Shown here: positions 1 to 12,960 of the stretch, in pieces
Layout of the letters: every line of letters begins with the position of its first letter
Numbering within the stretch: position 1 is the stretch's first letter
NCBI GenBank assembly: GCA_951406725.2
Contig: OX597823.1
Coordinates: 49,972,001-50,036,000, forward strand
DNA length: 64,000 bases
Direction of reading: 5' to 3'
From: Octopus vulgaris
Lineage: Eukaryota
Program-made: the position numbers and the translations under genes
The notes under the pieces: generated by a model
What the model saw: the letters and a program-made list of their open reading frames with translations, nothing else
Databases searched by the model: none
What the model was told of the DNA's origin: nothing

Positions 1-2198
1 CATTTCTTTACAAAATGATGATTCCTTTAATGTAGTGTTTGTGCTCTAGTAGTGTGTTTTGTTTTATTGTGTTCAAATGTTATATCACTGATTTATTCAC
101 ATTGAGATTAATTATTACTTTTGTTCTTTCTGTTTGCTCTTTGTTGGCAGCGTATTGTTGCAGAGAAGAAGTAAGACAGTGCTAAATGTGTTTGATATTA
201 TTGATAATCTAGTCTTGTAAATAAATACAAGATTCTAAACTGTATATGTATGGTTATACGGCTAAAGCTAGGTTTGTTATGGAGATAACTGTAGAAACAT
301 GGGGTCGTTATGTCACCAGTTTAAAATCTTTTGGGAACATAGTCATCATCATCATCATTTAATGTCTATTTTCCATGCTAGCATGGGTTGGACGGCTTGA
401 CAGGAACCTTTAAGGACAAGGACTGCAACAGGTTCCATAGTCTGTTTCAGCTTAGTTTCTATGGCTGGATGCCCTTCCTAACACCAACCATGCCAATGAG
501 TGCACTGGGTGCATTTTATGTGGCATCATTGCAGATGTTTTTAAGTGGCATCAGCACAAGTGCTTTTTACATGTTATAAATGTGCACTCATAGGTTTTTG
601 TGTGAGACAGAACTTAATATAACATTGTTTCCAAAACCATTCCCAATCAGTGGTGGTCACATTCTAAATTGAGCAAATATTAAATTTACTATAAATTTTA
701 TTGTTATATAGGTACCTGTGTATTAGTACAAACAATACTAGTTTATTAATGCAGTACTATGTAAGATACTTGTTTGAGCACGGTGCCAGTTAATTAGTCT
801 AGTCACTGCAGGAATTTAAAGTTTCTGCTCTTATATTAGTGTCAATTATAAGAGGTTTCAGAACATCATTGTCCAGAAAGTTGGTGTTGTAGCTGTGAAG
901 ATATGTGGCTAAATAGTTGGGGTATTTGCCTCATGATTGTAAGGTGGTGAGAGATCAATTCCTGGCAGTGTGTTTTGTCCTTAGCATGACACTTTATTTC
1001 ACATTGCTCTAGTTCACTCATTAGGCACAAATGAGTAGTACCTGTATTTCAAAGGGCCCGCTCTGTTGTATTTTGTGTCACACTGAATCTCCCTGACAAC
1101 TGTGTTAAGAGTACACATGACTGCGGAGTGCTCAATTTCACAAACAGGATGTCCTACATTGATCAGGTCAGCTGGAACACTCATCATCGTAACTGACTGA
1201 GTGCCAGTTATACCTGTTCATACATGCAATGTTCTTGGTGTATGTATGTGTGTATGCTGTAAGACTTACTTCATCACCCATCATACAGTACGCCATATCC
1301 AGCAAAGGCTTTTGACATTTTGCATTTGCAAGCTTTTGAGCTTGTAGTCCACAAGGCACCACTCTGCATCTAATGCAACTGATTTCCATCTGAGTGAACA
1401 GGAGTAATGTACTTTGACCAAACACACTATGTTGTCTGGTTTAGGAATTGAATCCCCCACCACATGGTAGTGAGTCTAACACCCTAACCACCAGACTATG
1501 CATCTGTACAAGTTAGTTTCCTAATTATAATTTCTTGTAATTTTATATGATGTTGTGGAGCATTTATTTATTTTTGTAGATAACAGGGGAATGAATTGAA
1601 AAGAATAGCAATTATTATAATTAGAATGGTATGTGGTAGAGATTTGTAAATAAAAACTGTCTAAATTTGTCTTAAAGGTTAATGAGTAATGTGGTTGTTG
1701 GTTATAAAGGTCAGATGCTTTGTTGACTATTGGAAAGAGGGATGAATGGATTGATAGATCGGTGAAGTAAGGAAGATAGCTACCAGAATGCTTTTGAATG
1801 AAAGTAACCAGCACCAGAAACTGATTTGAGAGGATTGACTATTTTCACCAAGTTTTTGTTAGTTTCTTTACGAGTCAAGTTGTATGATAGTATTAGTTGC
1901 TTATTGTTTAGCCATATTTAAAAATAAATCTTTTCTCCTCATCATCTATCTACTTTCTGTGCTGTCATGAGATGGATTGGTTGTCATAGTTTTGAGTTGC
2001 CTCTGACTGAGAGCTATAGCTCCCAAAGACTAGGGGCTTCTACATATCTATGGTTTGGTTTCTATGGCTGGATGCTCTTTCTAATGCCAACTGCTTTACA
2101 TAGTACTGGTGCATTTTCTTATGGCACCAAAACTGGAGAAGTTAAATTGTCCTTGGTCAGAGGGGAATAGAAAGACTGTTTTATATATATATATATGA

Positions 2199-2573
2199 AA
2201 ATTAAAATAGAGATATTCTATTGACAATCCAATAATTTATTTATATTACAATATTACATTAAATACTATGGATATAATATATAACATAACATAATATTAT
2301 GTAAATAATCATAAAAACCGTAAAAGGCCAACAAATTGTTTCGACTTATATTTTTTCTGATATATATAATCATAGTTCCATTATAGATGGAACTGTGATT
2401 ATGTATATCAGAAAAAAATATATAAATTTGAAACAATTTGTTGGCCTTTTACGGTTTTTATGATTATTTATATAATATTATGTTACTTTATATATTATAT
2501 CCATAGTATTTAATGTAATATTGTAATATAAATATATTATTGGATTGTCAATAGAATATCTCTATTTTAATTT
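2199..2573. repeat. Near-perfect 375-bp palindrome
   Basis: Arms 2199-2381 and 2387-2573 are reverse complements with few mismatches; 5-nt loop tatag. Confidence 0.95.
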
Positions 2574-2684
2574 ATCTTTATAATTGAATTATACTAATAT
2601 TTATATGGTATCTAACTGACGTATCAGTGAATTGGATGTTTAACACACCCCTTTGAAGGATTTCTTTTCCTCAGTTTGTTACTT

Positions 2685-2721
<37 letters not shown>

Positions 2722-3454
2722 TGCACATGCAATACAATATCTATTTCCTTTAACCCAGAAACTACATTTGAGAAATTAGCATGGTTATGTCTTTTGCATG
2801 ATATGATCTGTAAGATCCTGAATTCAGTTCATAAATTGCTAAGAATGCAATATGAAATATATCTGCAACCCCACTTGTAAGAGAATTTAAGGTTGCATTT
2901 ATTTATGTTGTTAAAACATGGTAAGTAAGAGATCTCCAGTGTTTGATATATGGCCAAGCCATTTAAGTTGACATTGGTGAACATTAGACAGATCAGCAAT
3001 CAGGCAACTGACTGATCTTAGCTAACAAATCTGTTTTTTGAGTCAACAGTAGACTACTGAAGTTTCATAATACTAAGCATACAACTGCTCATGTGCAGTT
3101 TAATATTTTAAGATTTATGCTAAATTTTCAGAAAGCATGTTGTAGATTCTTATAAGAAATGTACCTTCACTGTCTGATTCACATTCAGTATAATGTATAA
3201 GTACACACTGCTTACTTTTTCTACTGTATATCATATTTTCCACTATACTTTCATGTCATGTAATACAGAAGTGACACTGTTATTTTGAGGTGGAATCTTG
3301 TGGGGCTTTTAGTTTTGTTGCTTGTGTACTACATGATATTATGCATGATAAAACACTTTTAGCTTCATGAATATGTATACTTACACTTTAATTTCAATTT
3401 TGTCTTGCCCTATTTGATACCAACCTTGTTAGAGATTACCTCAACTTCCTTTAA

Positions 3455-3689
3455 CCTTTAGGAGACAACAGGGCCAATCTGTCAGCCAAAAAGTCGAATG
3501 ACAAAGAAGATTGTATTAGTTCATTTAATTTCCTACACAAAGATATATAGTTGTGTATATGTAAAGTAATTACTTCATTTTTTTATAATTTTTTTTTTGA
3601 AAAATAAGTGTACGCACTCTATAGGGCTTGTGAAAAGGGCTCCGTCTTCTTAGCTCTGAAACTCCAAATGAGGCTCTGTCTTTTAAGGG
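3455..3689. mobile_element. Second piggyBac-type MITE family
   Basis: ttaa-cctttaggagaca ... tgtcttttaaggg-ttaa. Confidence 0.65.
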
Positions 3690-5619
3690 TTAACTTGTTC
3701 CTATTTAAATTAAAACTTCTATCATAATTTTGTGTAAGAATCTTTTAAGTTACAAACATTACATTAAAGAACAATGATATATATTACGCGATTCCTACAA
3801 ATTCTTGATTATTTTTAAAATTGAACCACAACATAGTGCAGACGTGGCTGTATGATAAAAAGCTTGCTTCCTAACAACATGGTTCTGGATCCTATGTGGC
3901 ACCGTAGGCAAGTGTCTTCTACTGTTTTGGGCCAATCAAACCTTTGTGAGTGGATTTGGTAGATAGAAACTGAAAGAAACCGAGCTGGCAGAAATGTTAG
4001 CACGCCAGGTGAAATGCTTAGCAATATTTTATCTGCCGTTACGTTCTGAGTTCAAATTCCGCCGAGGTTGACTTTGCCTTTCAGCCTTTTGGGGTCGATA
4101 AATTATGTACCAGTTATGCACTGGAGTCAATGTAATCGACTTAATCCCTTTGTCCTTGTTTGTCCCCTCTATGTTTGACCCCTTGTGGGCAATAAAGAAA
4201 TAAGAAACTGAATGAAGTCTGTCATATATATGTGTATGTCTATGTCTGTTTGTCTCCCACCACTGCTTGACAGCTGGTTTTGGTTGTGTTTACATCCCTG
4301 TAACTTAGCAGTTTAACAAAAGCGATTGATAGAATAAGTACCAGGCTTTAAAAAAGAAAAATTGGGGTTGATTCATTCAACTAAAAATTCTTGAAAATGG
4401 TGCCCCAGCCTGGCCACAGCCTGATTCAAAGTAAAGATAACCACAAAATGGTTAAGACTGGTGTTTGTAATGCTGCCTTATTGAAATCTCTTGTGTATTA
4501 AGGATAGTTTGGTATTGTTTAGCCTCAGGTCAGTCTAGATCTAGCTGATTTATGATTTAAAAAGAAATTCCACTTGTAAAAATCCAGCTCAATTTTTCCA
4601 TCATTCAAAGCAGGACTACATCACCCTATACAGGTCCTTCAGATTTTATAATGGGGATTTTTGTGAGGTCTGCGGTTAACTCTTTGCAGCAAGATGAACT
4701 ACGGTCGTGGGTGCTTTTGTGAATATCTTTGTATTGTATGCTAATGGTTTTTGTTGGTAGTTGATTTGTCAGGTGATCTTTATCAGCTTTACTAAAGTGA
4801 ACATATAGTACAGAGAAAAAAACTGGTGTTCCTACTGGAAGACATGCCATTTTTATAGCTATGTTAATTTAACACTTAAAATCTGTGGTTCTGTATTAAA
4901 AAAGGTTTTCGTTTAAAGAAGTATTTGTTTAGGAAGATTTTTATTGTTGCCTTTTGTAAGTTGAGTAACTATATAAAAAAATACCTGAGTGGCTCTGAAT
5001 GATGATGGTTAATTTAGTGGCACATGTATGTATGTGTAATAGATACACTGCTCGAAATATATATTGGGAGCAGATTGCATCGATAACCAGCTAGAGGAGG
5101 TGTCCTCTTGTGGTTAAAAATGGTAATAATGTCGGTTCATATGGAACAGCCATGTTGAAGGGGCAACAATATTACTTCTCAATATAGTTACTACTTTCAT
5201 CTCTTACAGAGATTTTCTAACTAGTTACTTTGCTTGTTTATATATATATACACACACACACACACATACGTATATACACACATACACATATACACACCAG
5301 GTGCATTCCAGAGGTCTTGAGAATTTTTTTAGGAGAGGAAGTTAGTAGTCTTAGATTTGCCTTTCATCTTTACAAAGTTGATGAAATAAGTACCAGCCAA
5401 TCACTGGAGTCGATGTAATCAACTAGCTCTGCTCCCCAAAATTTCAGGTCTTGTGCCTATAATAGAATAGACTAATTTTCGTATATCATTACTATACACT
5501 TAATAAGCTGACCTGCCAATTTTTGTTATTCTAGATTTAAGGAGATGGCTATATCAGCACTTTGAACACACCCAGCTAAACTCTGCCTTCCACAGCTGAC
5601 TAGCTTGCAGAATGCTGTT

Positions 5620-6350
5620 CAGGCATATGGAAACTTGCTTTACAATAGAGCTTTGTGTTAAACTGGGCAAAAACACTATAGAAACTTAAGATATGCTTCG
5701 GAATGTTTATGGATTAACATTTTTGCTGGCACAAGAGGATACGAACAGCAGATAGATGAGAGAGGATGAGAAGTGTTGGAGGGAAAGAGACATCGCAACA
5801 TCAGAACTGATGAAGATTGTTGTGTCTATAAAGACAGTAATCATACAGTTTGGAGTTGCAGAAGCTTACACAGAATTATTCATGAAGATCTAAACATGGG
5901 CAAAATTTGTGCAAAGCTTGTTTCCAGGGTGCTCAGTCACAAGCATTTTTATTTCCTTATTTCCCACAAGGGGCTAAACATAGAGGGGACAAACAAGGAT
6001 AGACAAAGAGATTAAGTTGATTACATCGACCCCAGTGCATAACTGGTACTTAATTTATCGACCCCGAAAGGATGAAAGGCAAAGTCAACCTCAGCAGAAT
6101 GTAACGGCAGACAAAATACCGCTAAGCATTTCACCTGGCCTGCTAACATTTCAGCCAGCTCGCCTCCTTCTGGTCGACAAGCATTCTGGTAACCAACTGC
6201 TCGATGAAGATAGGCATCGAAACTGCCCAGACCTTGCTCCCTGTGACTTTTGGTTGCTCCCCAAGCTGAAGGAGAATCTCAGGGGCAACCATTTTGAAGA
6301 AGGTGGCTGTGACAAATAGACCAAAACAATCCGTTGAGTTTCTCACTCCA
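5620..6350 (+). pseudogene. Decayed mariner transposase of a different subfamily, interrupted by a SINE
   Basis: IELCVKLGKNTIET*DMLRNVYG, LHRIIHEDLNMGKICAKLVSRVLS, PDLAPCDFWLLPKLKENLRG. Confidence 0.8.
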
Positions 6351-6824
6351 TTTTTGAAACCATAGTCTTATCAACAAAAATGTACATTGCTGATGCCATA
6401 AGAATTTGGCATCATGTGAAATTTTTTTTTGGAAGAGTGAATCTTGAATAATGCTATTAAGAACAGCATATAAATATTGGGTTGAAAAGCCTTTTTGGAT
6501 GAAAATGTCAAAGGCCACCCATGTGACTTGAACCCACATCTTTATACCTGCAGGTTGTTTGTAGCTTTGATAACAGAGATATCTGGTTGTTGTTCATAAG
6601 AACATTTAGAAATTTACTTCATTAAATCTGATTTTGTACTTAATTATATAACTTGGTAAATCCTGTTTGTGAACATAACATTTTAATATTTTGAATGCTT
6701 CATAAAATGATTGAATTTAATTTGTTTTTAAAAATGCAAATGAATACGATGATGATGATGATGATGATTTGCATGTACCTTTGTATACTAATTTTAAGGC
6801 GTATGTGTTTTGTCTTCCTGTTAG

Positions 6825-6900
6825 GATCCCTATATCCAATCAATGGAACACCACACAGATTGGGTAAACGATGTTGTTCTTTGCTGTGGTGGCAGAACAT
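6825..6900 (+). CDS. WDR48: WDR48 exon: [25 protein letters not shown]
   Basis: ttag|GAT...ACAT|gtgagt; 76 nt, phase 0 to 1. Confidence 0.95.
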
Positions 6901-6934
6901 GTGAGTTTCTTCTGTTCATATATATTTATTTATA

Positions 6935-7315
6935 AAAGGAAAAGGGAAATAAAGACAGCGTCTAACAATGCAGAAAGCTTTACAAAAACCTTTATATTTC
7001 AAGCACAAAGAACTATCTTCACAAGGAAACAGTCCAAGAAATGTGTATTTACACCGATTTCTTTGTTTTATTTTAAACTACTTGGCATTTGGGTTAGCAG
7101 CAGCAACTCTCTAGCTGGTTTGTTCAAGCAACTCTCCAACCTTTGGAGAGTTGCTTGTATTAATGCTGAGCAGTTTAAAATAAAGTAACAAAATTAGTAT
7201 AACTTCACATTTCTTGGACTGCTTCCTTCTGAAGACGGGCCTTTGCACCTGAACTATAAAGGTTTTTGTAAAACTTTCAGCAGTTAGAAGCTTTCTTTAT
7301 TTCCCTTCTGTTTTC
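6935..7315. repeat. Inverted pair of Penelope-like terminal remnants (~110-bp arms)
   Basis: gaaagctttacaaaaacctttata...gtccaagaaatgtg vs cacatttcttggac...tataaaggtttttgtaaaactttc. Confidence 0.8.
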
Positions 7316-7660
7316 TTACTTTTGTACTACAAAGCTTCAAGCAAACTACAACACTTAGATTTATTTATTTTCCATCTGTATGTATCCTGGTTTTAAACCA
7401 AGTATATTGTATCACAGCATGTCTTAATAGGTGACAAAAAGTATTGGTGTCCAGATTCTATACAGTCTAAAACATACACGACGTTTCCTGTATTTTATTA
7501 ATACTATTGTGTAGCTCATATTCTGTGCACTTGCCTATCCTATGGTTTGATGCTCCCACATCATACTGCACTGGATATAGGAGTGGAGTGTGGGACCTTC
7601 TGAGCCCAAACATTGGTTATGTGTCATTCTTCACAGTGCCTGTGTCTATTCTTTGGGTGT

Positions 7661-8050
7661 AGGAGTGGGTGTGTGGTAAGAAGTTTGCTTTCCAACCACT
7701 TGGTCCCAGGTTCAGTCCCACCATGTGGCACCTTGGCCAAATCTCTTCTACTTTAGCCTCAGGTTGATCAAAGCTTTGCGAGTGGATTCAGTAGATGGGA
7801 ATTGAAAGAAGCCCATTGTATATGTATATGTGTGTTTGTGTGTGTCTGTGTCTGTCCCCCATCACTGCTTGACTACTGGTGTTGGTGTGTGTATGTCCCT
7901 GTAAATTAACAGTTCAGTATAAGAGACCAATAAAATAAGTACCAGGCTTTAAAAAATGAAAAAGGGTACTCAGATGGGTCCATTCCTTAAGGTTGTATCC
8001 CAGCATGTATGCAGTCCAATGACTAAAACTTGTAAATGAATAAAATGATA
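7661..8050 (+). mobile_element. tRNA-derived CORE-type octopus SINE (OR-like) with microsatellite-linked tail. Other copies at ~3837-4440, 13983-14405, 14655-15168, 22130-22497, 31131-31878, 32505-32765, 32975-33378(-), 41568-41950, 44044-44425(-), 57320-57750(-)
   Basis: A/B-box head tggctgtgtggtaag...ggttcagtccc; CORE-like gtggcaccttgggcaagtgtct; family name from recall. Confidence 0.85.
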
Positions 8051-8694
8051 AAAAATCAACCATATTTGTTGTAATCAAATAATTTCTACTGAAGAGAGAA
8101 TTTGTGATGTTGTATTGACAGTAAACTTCTCCAGCTATATTGTTATTAGTGGACTAGGGTTTTGTGTTTTCTTTTAAAATTTTGTGTATAAATCTTAGTA
8201 GCTGTTCCTGGCCTAAATAATCTACCTGTTTCATTTTTAAACAGGTCAGATCCAACCTTTCACACTTATCCTACCATATTATTCTAAAAATAAACAATCA
8301 TGTCATTGAAATCTCAAAGCTACAAGGTTATGCATGACTGAATTGAATCAACAGGAGTAAATAAACATTACATTTTACAGAGAAATCTGAATGCTAAAAG
8401 GTTAAACCCACTGTTTCTGACCCAAATAATCTACCTGTTTTATGTCCAAACTGATCAGACCCAGCCTCTCACACTGACCCTAAGAAGAAACAAACACATC
8501 CACAAATCCTTGAAGCTATTGAGATAATGTTTGATTAATTCTAAACTGTGAACAAATGAGCATTACATTAGACAGAATAATCTGAATGCTAAAGGGGTAA
8601 ATTCTAATCTGTTGAGAATATAAGTGATAAATTAAGCGAGAAATTCTTTCAACGTATATCTATTGTGGTAACTGTAAATCTCATTTCTTGACAG

Positions 8695-8777
8695 TGATAT
8701 CTGCATCCAGTGATACAACGGTGAAAGTGTGGAATGCCTACAAGGGATTTTGTATGTCTACATTACGAACGCATAAG
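8695..8777 (+). CDS. WDR48: WDR48 exon: [28 protein letters not shown]
   Basis: acag|TG...AAG|gtaatt; 83 nt, phase 1 to 0; WD40 motif. Confidence 0.96.
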
Positions 8778-10171
8778 GTAATTATTGGACATTAAATTGC
8801 CATTTCCTTAACGATTTGTTTTTAATCTAGCCAGATTTGAAATACGTGGTTAGTAATTAGCAGTCAGATACTAATTACCATGGCGTCAATTTTATTACAA
8901 TTATTGCATGCTCCAGCACACATCACTGTTGATTGGATGGTATTGTGTTGTTTAACCCTTTAATATTTAAACTGGACATATCTGGCCTAAAATATTCTTC
9001 CTGTCTCATCTCATGTTCAAAAGCTCTGGCCTTTCACACCTACCCTACAATGCCATTCTAGACAATCACATCATTGGAATATTACAACTATGAGATAATG
9101 CATGATTAATTCAAAACATTGTGAATAAGCATTACATTTGACAGAGTCATCTGAATGCTAAAGTGTTTACTCCATTAGCTTTGATTAAGCAGACCTACAA
9201 TGAAAATTATTCTAGTTGTGATTATCCTGACTTTTAATCATGCTTAGTGTACTTTGAATAACACTATCTTAGATCTGCTAAGAAACCCGACTCCTCATAT
9301 ATCCAGAGCTTTAATTCAATTTTACACAACGTGTAAGTGACTAAGATCTCAATACTCCCCCACCTAAACAGGATGCCAGACAGTTGCATAGTTAATTCCC
9401 CAGCTTTTACTAAAACTAATTTACAGTTGAGTGAACTGGAACACACATGGAATAAGGTGTTTTTCTTGAGAATATAATGCGTTGTCTGTTCTGGGAATCG
9501 AAACTGTGATTTTAAGATTGTGAGTGCAATGTCCCTTCCCACTAGGCCACACATCTTCACCAAAAACTATGTCCATTTTTGAGATGGTAAAGGTGTAGTT
9601 AAAGAGAAATTGTCTGTTATTTCTTACGGGTCAAATGAAATGCCTGTAGCTGAAGTACATTTCACTCTTTATTTTATTTAATGTACATTAGAGAAGTTTT
9701 GAACAGTTCTGCAAAAACTAGATGATTCAAAATTTCTTAAAGATCCCCCCTCTCTCTCCCCTCTCTCCTCTTTCTCCCTTCCCCTCCCCCTATCCTCTCT
9801 CTCCTTTTTCTTTCTCTTTTTCCTTCTCTTTGACTGTCTCTCTCCTTCTGGTATCTCTCTTTCTCTCATTAAGAAATTTTAACTATCCAGACTTCCTCTG
9901 TTGTATATAATTATGAGAAATGGAAGAAAATATGAGAACTAGTATCATCATAAAATGTTTTATAGCCAAAGTAGATATCCAATCTGTGGTGAAAGTCTGT
10001 TCGTTATGAATTTAATTTGTTTAAAATAAAATCGATCACTTCTTGCTCACTAGTCATCTTTGCAGGCTGAAGGAGGACACTGACTATATTCAGTGACAAG
10101 GCCGTGTAGGACTGTTGGAAACCCTGGTGTAACATTGAGGACATGAGCAACTTCTCAGAAAGTTCCTTTAA

Positions 10172-10391
10172 CCCTTTAGCATTTAAACCGGCTATATCTG
10201 GCCGAGATACTCTACTTGTTTTATATTCAAACCAGCCAGTGCCAGCCTCTTATACCTACCCTAAAACATTATTCTAAAAATACACAGCCACCTCATCGAA
10301 ATCTTGAATCTACAAGGTAATGCATGATTAATTTAAAACAATGTGAATGAATAAGAACTACATTTGATAAAATGATCTGAAAGTTAAAATG
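10172..10391 (+). mobile_element. ~220-bp piggyBac-type MITE. Other copies at ~8195-8401, 8406-8598, 8956-9165, 21334-21502, 23421-23639, 28936-29101, 29105-29325(-), 43392-43597, 52962-53180, 62705-62900(-)
   Basis: TTAA-flanked; termini ccctttagcatt ... aatgctaaaggg; shared body gataatgcatgattaattcaaaacaatgtgaataaataagcattacatttgacag. Confidence 0.85.
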
Positions 10392-11365
10392 TTAAATCAT
10401 ATTAGAACTGAAATTTAATATTACAATTTAAGTGTGTTGATCATATACATTGGTTGATGGTGGGGATATCAGCCATTGTGTCCTCAATACTCACTGTCTG
10501 TTACCTTGGTTAGTTATATTTAAAGCAATTTGTTACATCATCATTTGATGTCTGTCTTCCATGCAGGCATGGGTCGGACAGCTTGACAGGAGCTGGCAAG
10601 CCAGAAGACTGTGCCATGCTCTACTCACTTTACAGAATGTGATGGGTGCTTTTTATGCCACAAATGAGGTCACCAAATAACTTACAAGACATCTCAGTGA
10701 AGAGTAGTCTTGAAAAGGAGGTGGCTTTGTGCCAGGTGATGAGAGGTTAGAGTATGATAGTGGAACAGAAATAGGTGTCTTGCAGTAGACGAGATACATG
10801 GCTACCCCAACAGGAGAGAGGGGAGGTGATGAACATATGTAATATATATATATATATATATATCATCATCATCATCATCGTTTAACGTCCGTTCTCCATG
10901 CTAGCATGGGTTGTTGTGATTATTATTTCACTCTTCAATATTGATACTGGCAATATTCTATGAATTTTCAAAACATTGATATAACGTAGTCAGTTTGGTC
11001 ATCGGTATTTTTTTTTCCCTTCTAAAGTGGTGAGCTGGCAGAATCATTAGCATGCCTGGTGAAATGCTTAGCATAATTTCATCTGTCTTCATGTTCTGAG
11101 TTCAAATTCTGCCATTCATTGCTGTTCATTCTTTCAGGCTTGATAAAATAAATACCAGTTAAGTACTTGGGTCAATCTAATTGACTTCCCCCTCCCCTCG
11201 AAATCTGCTGGCCCTTTACCAAAATTTGAAACCATTATTTGCTCTTCAATATTGATAGTACCAGTATTCTATGAATTTCAAAACATCAACGTAATGTACC
11301 CAATTTTCTCATCAATAATTTTTATTTTACATTTTTGGTTAATATCTTTTGGTATTGTTTTATAG

Positions 11366-11495
11366 GATTATGTAAAGGCCTTGGCTTATGCAAAAGACCG
11401 TGAACAAGTAGCTTCAGCTGGTTTTGATCGGGCTATTTTCCTATGGGACGTCAATACACTGACGGCTCTTACTGCATCCAATAATACTGTCACAA
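11366..11495 (+). CDS. WDR48: WDR48 exon: [43 protein letters not shown]
   Basis: atag|GAT...ACAA|gtaagt; 130 nt, phase 0 to 1. Confidence 0.96.
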
Positions 11496-12329
11496 GTAAG
11501 TATCATATTTATAGTATTCTATTATTAATTTGTGAAGGTACCTGATATTATCTGTCTGCTATATTCATCTACTCTGTCTGTGATATCATTATGTCAATGT
11601 GATATCATGTGTCTTACATGGCTTACATACAGTTGGAAGTATTTAAAGTTCAATGCTAAATGCAGTTTTATGGTGTCACATTCCGGTAACATTGCTGTAT
11701 ATTAATACACAGTTACAACAGTTGTCTGAAGTTTTGAACTTTGTGTTTAGGACAAAGATTTACAATTCTAATAATCAGCTAATAACCAACATCAAGATGG
11801 ATTCAAACAAAGTAGAGGTATTGCTACTACAGTCTAATTATAGGAAAGACCAAGGTGATGTTCACACTGATACCTGGGGAACACTATTCAGCACATGATT
11901 AGGAGTGGTGGATACATTTCCATACTTATCGAATGAATGTAGCCTGGATTTTGAAATTATATTGAGAGGAGAGCAGAGGGGATGACAGGGGACCAAGACT
12001 CCTGGCACTTTGCTGTGCATGTCAAGCTAAGTAAAAGTGTGGTTGTTCTTGCATACAAGCTCACCCCCTGCAACCCTTTCCAGCTGAGCATCCCTAATCT
12101 CATAGGCTTGTCGATGCTGGTGCCTTGTAAAAAAAGACCAATGTTGGTGCTGTGTAAAAGCACCTACTACACCCTGTAAAGTGGTTGGCATTAGGAAGGG
12201 CATCCACCTGTAGAAACCATGCCAAATCAGACATGGAACCTGAACAGCCCTTCAGTTGGTCAGCTTTTGCCAAACCATCCAACCCATGCCAGCATGGAAA
12301 TGGACCTTAAATGATGATGACAAACTTAT

Positions 12330-12960
12330 GAAAAGGTCTTGTAGATTGTAGTATTACAGCTCACAAAAATCAACATTTACAAGCCTGCATACTGACAACA
12401 CTCTTGTATGCTTCTAAGACATGGGCTACTCATAATAGGCATAAAAAAAATAAAGGTAAAATGGAAAGATTTGCTACTAGATAAATACTTCAAAGGGCTA
12501 GCTGTCTGTCTATTGAGTCACACTTATGACCAAATCATTTGCGATGGACAGGGCATCCTGTAGGTATGTCAGATGTGAGATCATCTAAACAGTTATTTTA
12601 TGTAAAGTTACGATTTGGAAAATGACTACAACATAAACCAGAGAAACAATGCAAGGATTGTATTGATGAATGATTTAGTCATCTAGGTTTCTGGCAGAGG
12701 AAGGTATTGCTAAGTTTGAACTAACCAAAAAGCAGCACGCACAGTTAAAATATACTTTGAGAAAAGGAGGTATCATTGATGCACCAGATGAGATTAATAG
12801 TTGGAAATTTGGTCTTTGTGACAGAGATTACCTGTCAAAAATCCTGTGGCTACATAAGCCACACGAAATCACAAAGTAATTTGCAAAATCAGGAAGTAGC
12901 TAACTGTCTTGGAAGCTATGAAAGACGTCATGCATGCTGCAGTCTCTTTTCTGGCTAAGC
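12330..12960 (+). pseudogene. Highly decayed RTE/BovB-like LINE ORF2 C-terminal remnant (related pieces at ~11650-11900 and ~49400-49780)
   Basis: Fragmentary translation KINIYKPAY*QHSCML... resembling the KLKVYKACILTTLLY...ETW motif; many stops and frameshifts. Confidence 0.45.

Noticed and set aside
3462-3512. 51-nt open exon-like segment after tttag
   Set aside because: Lies inside a TTAA-flanked MITE and has a poor donor (gtatta).
9745-9870. CT-rich tract with a basic/acidic ORF on the minus strand
   Set aside because: Low-complexity polypyrimidine repeat, not coding.
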